A stretch of 64,000 nt of DNA from Faecousia sp. Its GTDB lineage: Bacteria; Bacillota; Clostridia; Oscillospirales; Oscillospiraceae. The DNA is taken from NCBI GenBank assembly GCA_045601345.1, contig JAZRZL010000075.1:11040-75039 (forward strand). The letters run 5' to 3'. The number at the start of each line of letters is the position of its first letter. Position 1 is the first letter of the stretch. Both the position numbers and the translations under genes were made by a program. This document shows positions 58,401-64,000 of this stretch, piece by piece. The notes beneath the pieces are model-generated. The model saw only the letters and a program-made list of their open reading frames with translations. It did no database searches and was not told the DNA's origin.

Positions 58401-59422
58401 GCTATATCGCGGGCGGGGATGATATGCTCTATGGCTATGCCTACGAAGACGGCTACTACGGCTACTTCAGCAAGATCCCAGCCGGTGCGGTGCCGCTGGT
58501 CGCTGTCGATGGCTCCCGTACCCCCATACAGGGCTTTATTCCCACAAGCAGCGCCTACCGAACCTTCCTGAATGGCGGGATTCTCGGCTACAGCTTTGAT
58601 AATGCGAAGCTCCATCTTGCCATCTTTGCCAACACCCTGACCTATAAGGCACACCAGAAGGACGAATATACCTACATCAGCAATTTCATTTTCTCCTCTC
58701 TTCTGACCGATGAGGCATATGTCGGCACCTGCGCCCACCAATTGGAGACGGAACGCATCCCCGCTACCTGTCTGGAGGGCGGCTACAGCGTCTATACCTG
58801 CACCATCTGCGGCTATGAATATACCGCAGATGAGACCCCGGCACTGGGACACAGCTATGTCGATGGTGTGTGCATCCGCTGCGCAGAGCCGGAGCCTGTA
58901 AGGCTGCTTCTTGGCGCAGCAACCGGCAAAGCGGGGGATACGGTCACAGTTTCCCTCTCTGTCAAAAATAATCCGGGTCTTGCGTCCTTCCAGCCGATCC
59001 CGCTGTATGATGCCGATCAGCTTGAACTGATTGAGATGGTATATCTATCGGAAACCGCTGTCCAAAACGGTGTCATTGCCAACCTGCGCTTCCGAATAAA
59101 GGAAGACTGCATATTGGGTGCAATAGCCGTTTCGCTGGAGGAAATGCCGGACGTTGCCATTTCCGATGGCCAAATCCATGTGGTGGATTATATTCCCGGT
59201 GATTTGGATAGCGACAACGAGATTACTGTCCGCGATCTGGCGCTTCTGCGCCGCTATCTTGCCAATGGCACCGCATTCCCCGCAAATCAGGATGCCGCCG
59301 ATCTGGACGGAATCCCAGGCATCAATGAGGAGGATGTGGCATATCTGCGCCGCTTCCTTGCCTATTGGGAGGGCTATGTACCAAGCTATAAGTTAGCGGC
59401 TGCGGAAACCTTCCCAACATAG
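55484..59422 (+). CDS. secreted M14-family zinc carboxypeptidase-like protein with Cys-rich repeat, cohesin-like and dockerin modules
   Basis: Signal peptide present. YSNIHASEVAAADG is an HxxE zinc motif. C-terminal cohesin-like GKAGDTVTVSLSVKNNPGLASF and a dockerin duplicate DLDSDNEITVRDLALL / DLDGIPGINEEDVAYL. The last ~10 codons lie in repeat R10. Confidence 0.7.
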   Translation: MKKPVVRALSILLIFTVLLSTLAASAFAFSVNLKELAQKEDENLGGNYEVQDVISLIEPRYHTIRIPVADMTLEELRQYDVDDITLRLDRDSERPYLDTTLYPSQNAGGDMRDASIWLTQLDDDVPFFTDFSVTADEENGTAILLVTFFSNFYFYDPSDLSVPNSIGGSYLNLCGWFRLTAQLGDSILGSADLKITPYESFHTMSEIYTDIDNIVELATQNGLYAVRESMGTSSAGRDMPYIIISDSARSVSDWLAFTEEAENRPTQTLADLEAGVYDNLRVPVLYSNIHASEVAAADGIMKFAELLAQTGMDGTLSYNMLTDFTEAGRTELQKEWNDPTVCANITGYAGVTGYGIAVPDLVKDTATYLGFLRNGNEQSGRVPLDTFYEQETKTVSMRELLGGVFFILVPEESVDGRVYMARTSANGYDLNRDNTFQTTPETANMNRMIGTYNPVCFTEYHGRKTNFQCEPCSPPHEPNFEYDLLAEHLVAAGEALGIGAVANNPSYHSYAMPQRDFLFYTDKAKTKTKWVYPWDDMSTSYTPQFSMLHGCVAYTVELPAYNDDVVTAVCYGSLSQADYVKEEKLGFLMDQVKIYERGVKNANSDAYELVGQWFCNQSDVEGAEMHIMRPEYTGEGENGNFYPECYLIPLDRENQCNLQAARDTMIWMSRNDVKVNLTTAPIAYDGITYPAGTLVIPMYQAKRSVANSALYGGTLLQSWPIVYSENVTAFHKIYGFDMATVTKPAAYEQIMQLAGECMDYDEVLSYADSITSSFRGEAGRDVIIRNDSSDAAAAVNALLQEGRKVGMIVDGERKGDFICSYADYLTVADRYLLLATGVAARSEGIHAQCIKTNPTVYITGVPDDNPYSCITLFQLYNTNWNYDRVAMENMNFNMTEILSEADVIAGSSELTKAESAAILNGTPYIGYGSTIYYNNGFKAINSAIGGATRTALPGAMDCLCYVTYPSNTLVNASYIAGGDDMLYGYAYEDGYYGYFSKIPAGAVPLVAVDGSRTPIQGFIPTSSAYRTFLNGGILGYSFDNAKLHLAIFANTLTYKAHQKDEYTYISNFIFSSLLTDEAYVGTCAHQLETERIPATCLEGGYSVYTCTICGYEYTADETPALGHSYVDGVCIRCAEPEPVRLLLGAATGKAGDTVTVSLSVKNNPGLASFQPIPLYDADQLELIEMVYLSETAVQNGVIANLRFRIKEDCILGAIAVSLEEMPDVAISDGQIHVVDYIPGDLDSDNEITVRDLALLRRYLANGTAFPANQDAADLDGIPGINEEDVAYLRRFLAYWEGYVPSYKLAAAETFPT

Positions 59423-60019
59423 CCCGCGCCAAGGCTTCCCCTCTGGGGAAGCTGTCGAGCGAAGCGAGACTGAAGAGGTCATTGGAAGCACTACTAAAAC
59501 CGAAAATTTTCCCAATATAGGAAGCACTCTGTATGAGGAGTGAAACCTCATCCGCCGCCTGCGGGCGGCACCTTCCCCAGAGGGGAAGGCAAGGGCTAAG
59601 GCTTCCCCTCTGGGGAAGCTGTCGAGCGAAGCGAGACTGAAGAGGTCATTGGAAGCACTACTAAAACCGAAAATTTTCCCAATATAGGAAGCACTCTGTC
59701 TTAGGAGGCCAACCTCATCCGCCGCCTGCGGGCGGCACCTTCCCCAGAGGGGAAGGCAAGGGGCTAAGGCTTCCCCTTTGGGGAAGCTGTCGAGCGAAGC
59801 GAGACGGAAGAGGTCATTGGAAGCACTACTAAAACCGAAAACCTTCCTAACATAGAAAGCACGCAGTTTCAGGAGTGAAACCTCATCCGCCGCCTGCGGG
59901 CGGCACCTTCCCCAGAGGGGAAGGCAGGGGCTGTTAATTTACTGCCATGGAAAATCGCCCACTGTCCTGTTGTTGTCTATCCCAATGTTCACATTTTCTT
60001 AACTCGTTCAATTACCGTG
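59389..60019 (-). repeat. repeat copy R10 (inner-TIR remnant, three tandem D+H units of 167/168/167 bp at 59431-59932, outer TIR)
   Basis: Unit boundaries at 59431, 59598 and 59766, each starting AAGGCTTCCCCT(C/T)TGGGGAAGCTGTCGAGCGAAGCGAGAC. Ends CCCAATGTTCACATTTTCTTAACTCGTTCAATTACCGTG. Confidence 0.85.
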
Positions 60020-60029
60020 GTTTTGGCGG

Positions 60030-60058
60030 TTGATTTATTCGGTTTTATTATTTATAAT
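60030..60058 (+). promoter_or_regulatory. near-consensus metG promoter
   Basis: TTGATT, 17 nt, TATAAT, beginning 10 bp after the R10 outer TIR. Confidence 0.55.
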
Positions 60059-60123
60059 AATAGTATTCAAAAATCCGGCCTTCGCCCATTCGTGAGGGTA
60101 CGAACCAAAAGGAGGCATTTTGT

Positions 60124-62094
60124 ATGTGCCAGAATTGCGAAAAGGAAAAATTTTATATTACAACGCCCATCTATTATCCCTCCGCCAAGCTCCATATCGG
60201 CCACACCTACTGCACCGTGGCGACCGATGCCATGGCCAGATACAAGCGTCTGCGCGGCTATGATGTGATGTTCCTCACCGGCACCGATGAGCACGGCATG
60301 AAGATTGAGGAGAAGGCGAAGGAAGCCGGTATTACGCCGCAGGAATTCGTGGACGGCATCGTGCTGGGCGAAGGCGGCGTGAAAGACCTGTGGAAGCTGA
60401 TGAACATCTCCTATGACCGCTTCATCCGCACCACCGATGACTACCATGTGGAAGCCATCCAGAAAATTTTCCGCAAGATGTACGACAATGGCGATATCTA
60501 CAAGGGCGCTTATAAGGGTCTGTACTGCACCCCCTGTGAATCCTTCTGGACGGAAAGCCAGCTCGTGGACGGCAAGTGCCCCGACTGTGGCCGTGAGGTG
60601 CATGAGGCTGAGGAGGAGGCTTACTTCTTCCGCCTTTCCAAGTATGCCGACCGCGTACAGGATCTTCTGGAAAATACCGATTTCCTCCAGCCCCGTTCCC
60701 GCGTGAACGAGATGGTCAATAATTTCATTAAGCCGGGTCTGGAAGACCTCTGCGTTTCCCGCACCACCTTCACCTGGGGCATTCCTGTGGACTTTGATCC
60801 GGGTCATGTGGTCTATGTCTGGGTGGACGCTCTGTCCAACTATATTACCGCGCTGGGCTTTGGCAATGACAAGTACAGCGACTACAATAAATACTGGCCT
60901 GCCGATTATCATTTCGTGGGTAAGGAAATTGTCCGCTTCCACACCATCATTTGGCCCGCCATGCTCATGAGCATGGGAGAACCCCTGCCCAAGCACGTAT
61001 TCGGTCACGGTTGGCTGCTGCTTGACGGCGGCAAGATGTCCAAGTCCAAGGGCAATGTGGTAGACCCCTACCTGCTGGCACAGCGCTACGGCGTGGATGC
61101 GCTGCGCTTCTTCCTGCTGCGCTCGTTCCCCTTCGGCTCTGACGGCAACTTCTCCAATGAACTGCTCATCAGCACCATCAACACCGACCTTGCCAATGAT
61201 CTGGGCAATCTGGTCTCCCGCACCTGCGCCATGATCCAGAAGTTCTTCGGCGGCCAGCTCCCTGCCGAGCAGCAGGCCGATGAGGAAAAGGATGCCGAGC
61301 TGCTTGCCATGGCCGGAAGCCTCAGTGAAAAGTATGCCGAGCAGATGGATGCACTGGCCTTCCAGAATGCCCTTGCGGAAATTTTCAAGGTCATTTCCCG
61401 CGCCAATAAGTATATTGACGAAAACGAGCCGTGGAAGCTGGCTAAAGACCCCGCAGCAAGCGCCCGTCTGGCAAAGGTTATGTATAACCTGCTGGAAACC
61501 ATCCGCATCTGTGCAGGTCTCCTTGTTCCCTTCATGCCCGATTCTGTGAAGGTCATTCTGGAGCGGATCGGCGCAAATGATGCGCCGTGGGATACCCTGT
61601 CCACCTTCGGCGTTCTGAACGCTGATGCAAGGATTATTGTAGGAGACCCCATTTTCCCGCGTATCGACATGGAAAAGGAACTGGCGGCTCTGGAGGAAAT
61701 CCATCAGGCTGCCCTGCGCGAAGCGCTGCCAGAGAAGGAATTCGAGCCGTTTGCACCTGAGGTTTCCTTTGACGATTTCTGCAAGAGCGACCTGCGCGCC
61801 GTGAAGGTCAAGGCTTGCGAGGGCGTGAAGAAGAGCGACAAGCTCCTCAAGTTCACCCTCGATGACGGCACCGGCACCGACCGCACCATCCTCTCCGGCA
61901 TTGCTAAGTACTATGCCCCCGAGGATTTGGTCGGCAAGACCCTGCTTGCCATCATCAACCTGCCCCCCAGAAAAATGATGGGACGCGAATCCTGCGGTAT
62001 GCTCCTGTCCTCCATCCATAAGGAGAAGGGCGAGGAGAAAATTAACCTCATCATGCTCGACGATTCCATCCCCGCAGGCGCAAAGCTCTGCTGA
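60124..62094 (+). CDS. metG: methionine--tRNA ligase with C-terminal tRNA-binding (EMAP-like) domain
   Basis: HIGH motif (AKLHIGHTY), KMSKS motif, zinc knuckle CTPCE...CPDCG, and a C-terminal FCKSDLRAVKV OB-fold region. Confidence 0.96.
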   Translation: MCQNCEKEKFYITTPIYYPSAKLHIGHTYCTVATDAMARYKRLRGYDVMFLTGTDEHGMKIEEKAKEAGITPQEFVDGIVLGEGGVKDLWKLMNISYDRFIRTTDDYHVEAIQKIFRKMYDNGDIYKGAYKGLYCTPCESFWTESQLVDGKCPDCGREVHEAEEEAYFFRLSKYADRVQDLLENTDFLQPRSRVNEMVNNFIKPGLEDLCVSRTTFTWGIPVDFDPGHVVYVWVDALSNYITALGFGNDKYSDYNKYWPADYHFVGKEIVRFHTIIWPAMLMSMGEPLPKHVFGHGWLLLDGGKMSKSKGNVVDPYLLAQRYGVDALRFFLLRSFPFGSDGNFSNELLISTINTDLANDLGNLVSRTCAMIQKFFGGQLPAEQQADEEKDAELLAMAGSLSEKYAEQMDALAFQNALAEIFKVISRANKYIDENEPWKLAKDPAASARLAKVMYNLLETIRICAGLLVPFMPDSVKVILERIGANDAPWDTLSTFGVLNADARIIVGDPIFPRIDMEKELAALEEIHQAALREALPEKEFEPFAPEVSFDDFCKSDLRAVKVKACEGVKKSDKLLKFTLDDGTGTDRTILSGIAKYYAPEDLVGKTLLAIINLPPRKMMGRESCGMLLSSIHKEKGEEKINLIMLDDSIPAGAKLC

Positions 62095-62158
62095 TAAGGG
62101 ATAAGAGGGCGGTTCTCCTGACCCCGCGTCTATTAAAAAATACAAAAAAATGCCACGA

Positions 62159-62187
62159 ACAAGGGGACGGGAGAATCGTCCCCTTGT
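62159..62187 (-). terminator. hairpin between metG and the XRE gene (T run on the minus strand)
   Basis: ACAAGGGGACG-ggagaat-CGTCCCCTTGT. On the minus strand it is followed, after a few nt, by T7. Confidence 0.4.
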
Positions 62188-62190
62188 CCG

Positions 62191-62412
62191 CTATAATAAA
62201 GAATCATCCAATAGAGCTTCCATAGGCACATCTAAGATACGCGAAATTGTAAGAAGCTCAATATCCGATACGATTCGAATTTGCCCCTCCAGCTTTGAAA
62301 GGCTTGAAGGGTTGATATCTACCCCGAGAAGCTGCATTTGAGCAACCAGTTCGCGTTGCTTCATATGACGTTCTTTACGGAGCGCCTCAATTTTTGCACC
62401 GCAGATATTCAT
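62191..62412 (-). CDS. XRE-family HTH transcriptional regulator
   Basis: IEALRKERHMKQRELVAQM...SLSKLEGQ helix-turn-helix pattern. Start at the ATG at 62412 (an alternative upstream ATG is at 62442). Confidence 0.7.
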   Translation of the reverse strand: MNICGAKIEALRKERHMKQRELVAQMQLLGVDINPSSLSKLEGQIRIVSDIELLTISRILDVPMEALLDDSLL

Positions 62413-62490
62413 GCGTCCATAGGGATAACGCCGTGGTTTCATAGTATCACCGCAAATAATTCTTTTACAGAATTATATTTCAAAAAGTAA

Positions 62491-62519
62491 TTGACTTAAT
62501 TCCAAAATAGAATTATAAT
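62491..62519 (+). promoter_or_regulatory. near-consensus promoter directed at the 62873 SLH gene
   Basis: TTGACT, 17 nt, TATAAT. It would give a leader of about 350 nt containing R11. Confidence 0.5.
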
Positions 62520-62705
62520 CTAAAAAAGATTGCAGGAAGGGGACAAGGAGACGGCGCAAAACCGCCAATATTGTGTCTCCGCTGCAAAAACTCCTGATTT
62601 TTGGAACAAATGGAGTTTATTATCGTCAAACAGGTAGCCAATAAATTTGAGGGAAGGACTGGTTACAATGAACACGAAAGCCTTTTGAAAGCGATTTGCA
62701 AGAGT

Positions 62706-62837
62706 GGGACGGTTTTCAATGGCGTTAAGTTAGCAACTGTGAAAACTTTCGTTTTGATAACATTGTTCCACAGGGGTCAAGGCTTCCCCAGAAGGGAAGG
62801 CAAGGGCTGTTAACTTACTGCCATTGAGATTCCTTGT
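62706..62837 (-). repeat. repeat copy R11 (minimal form: two inner TIRs around a short spacer)
   Basis: GGGACGGTTTTCAATGGCGTTAAGTTAGCAACTGTG...GGCAAGGGCTGTTAACTTACTGCCATTGAGATTCC. Confidence 0.8.
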
Positions 62838-62872
62838 CTCCCATATTTTAAAATAAGGAGAATCATAATGAA

Positions 62873-64000
62873 AACGATGAAAAAAACAATTTGTGCATTT
62901 TTGGTTATTGCTCTGCTTCTGGGGCTGTGTGCTGTACCGGCCAGCGCAACCCGTGTCAGCGAAGCAAACGCCTTCCTGCGTGAGCACATTATGAAAGATG
63001 GTAAAAGTGGGATGTTTGGTATGTACGCTATCTCCGGTGAGCTGGTAACGTATGACGGCAGTGCCGGAAGCTGTACGGGCACCGGTGCATCCATGATATA
63101 TAATTCAGAAACCGGATCTATTGGCCTGTATGGCGGCGCATATTGGCAGGATATCTCCATTGGTATTCCTGAATCTGATACGGAAGATGTTTTCTCCTGC
63201 TATCTGTCCTCATCCCCCACACAGGAGGGGGTTATGCTGAACCGCAATAAGATTTATAAGGATACCAAGATCACGTTCAGCAACTACCGCGGCGGGGAAG
63301 ATACGAAGGAAGAATCGGAATATTTTATGACCATCGCCTTCCACAACGCTATGGCCTTCCTTGACAGCCAGCTTCGTCTGGGTGGCTTTACCCTTGCCGA
63401 TCTCGGCTTTGTCAATTACGGCAAGAACAGCCCCGCACCCTGCCCGGATTATGGCATTCATTGCCCCGGCAGATTCTTCAATGATATGCCCGATGGCGAC
63501 CACTGGGCGCATCAGGCCATCGACTGGGCGGTTCAGAACGACATCACCAGTGGTACCGCCGATTACGCTTTCAGCCCGAATAAAGCCTGTACCCGCGCAC
63601 AGGTTGTCACCTTCCTGTGGAGAGCCGCAGGTTGTCCGAAACCGCAAAATACAGAGAGTTCCTTTGAGGATGTCAATCCCACTTCCTTCTATTATGAGCC
63701 GGTTCTGTGGGCAGTAGAAAGCGGTCTTACCAAGGGTATTTCCGAAACCATCTTCAAGCCGGACGGCGAATGCACCCGTGCGCAGGTGGTCACCTTCCTG
63801 TGGCGGCTGAACGGCAGCGGGAAGGACAGCGCCAAGAGCGAATTTAGCGATGTGCCGCAGGATGCTTATTATGCCGATGCCGTCAACTGGGCAGTCGCCA
63901 ATGGCATCACCGAGGGCACCGGCAGCGGCAAATTCTCCCCCAAACGCTCCTGCACCAGAGCACACGTTGTCACCTTCCTTTACAGGGGACAAAGGGACAG
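62873..64000 (+). CDS. secreted SLH-repeat protein, 5' portion (runs off window end)
   Basis: Absent from the ORF track because there is no stop in the window. I translated it by hand: ATG at 62873 after AAGGAG; MKTMKKTICAFLVIALLLGLCAVPASA signal peptide; 376 codons without a stop; three SLH-like repeats (FSPNKACTRAQVVTFLWR, FKPDGECTRAQVVTFLWR, FSPKRSCTRAHVVTFLYR). Confidence 0.8.

Noticed and set aside
59431-59932. Regularly spaced repeats that might be a CRISPR array
   Set aside because: The units are about 167 bp, contiguous, with no unique spacers between them. They are the D+H modules of the dispersed repeat family. No cas genes are present in the window.
60059-60123. Possible T-box leader upstream of metG
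   Set aside because: Only about 65 nt lie between the -10 hexamer and the ATG, which is too short for a T-box. No specifier or T-box sequence is visible.
60067-62145. 692-aa minus-strand ORF
   Set aside because: It is entirely antisense to metG, whose HIGH and KMSKS motifs identify the real frame. Long shadow ORFs of this kind are typical of GC-rich coding DNA.
62526-62705. Long leader of the 62873 gene as a possible known riboswitch
   Set aside because: I could not match it to any riboswitch consensus I know, such as c-di-GMP I or II. It is left as part of the 5'-leader finding.
63210-63992. 260-aa minus-strand ORF from the ORF track
   Set aside because: It is an antisense shadow of the plus-strand SLH gene starting at 62873, which has an RBS, a signal peptide and SLH motifs. 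The minus-strand product is low-complexity Gly/Ala-rich with no start context.

Overview
Chromosomal window from a moderately GC-rich Firmicutes/Clostridia-type genome; the taxon is inferred from Spo0A, SLH-anchored proteins, DUF1540 and the yaaA/remB origin synteny. It spans the replication origin, with dnaA-dnaN-yaaA-recF-remB-gyrB-gyrA-rnhA on the minus strand and a DnaA-box/AT-rich oriC candidate between dnaA and dnaN. From the left it contains: a phage packaging/head module (terS, terL, portal, protease, DUF2190, capsid start) that ends directly upstream of spo0A; a Doc toxin paired with an unusually long HTH partner; a 2259-aa secreted beta-helix/lipase-like protein; an SLH surface protein followed by a CDF transporter; a traX / FliB-like pair divergent from a MocR regulator; a zur-znuACB operon with a perfect palindromic operator and two extra genes; a five-gene polysaccharide cassette; tRNA-Val; and glgP. 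To the right of the origin lie an SLH protein with two MBL-fold domains, an aminotransferase, an M14 peptidase with cohesin and dockerin, metG, an XRE regulator, and a further SLH gene that runs off the window and is absent from the ORF track. The most unusual signal is non-coding. Eleven copies (about 3.0 kb by my coordinates) of a modular, nested-inverted-repeat element family occupy the intergenic regions. Two copies have 9-bp flanking direct repeats, some copies have tandemly amplified internal units, and the element ends lie 10-20 bp from outward-facing near-consensus promoters. Some copies sit in 5' leaders or supply the last codons of genes. I do not recognise this family, and no search was possible. 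All family names are assigned from motif memory and gene order, not from database hits.
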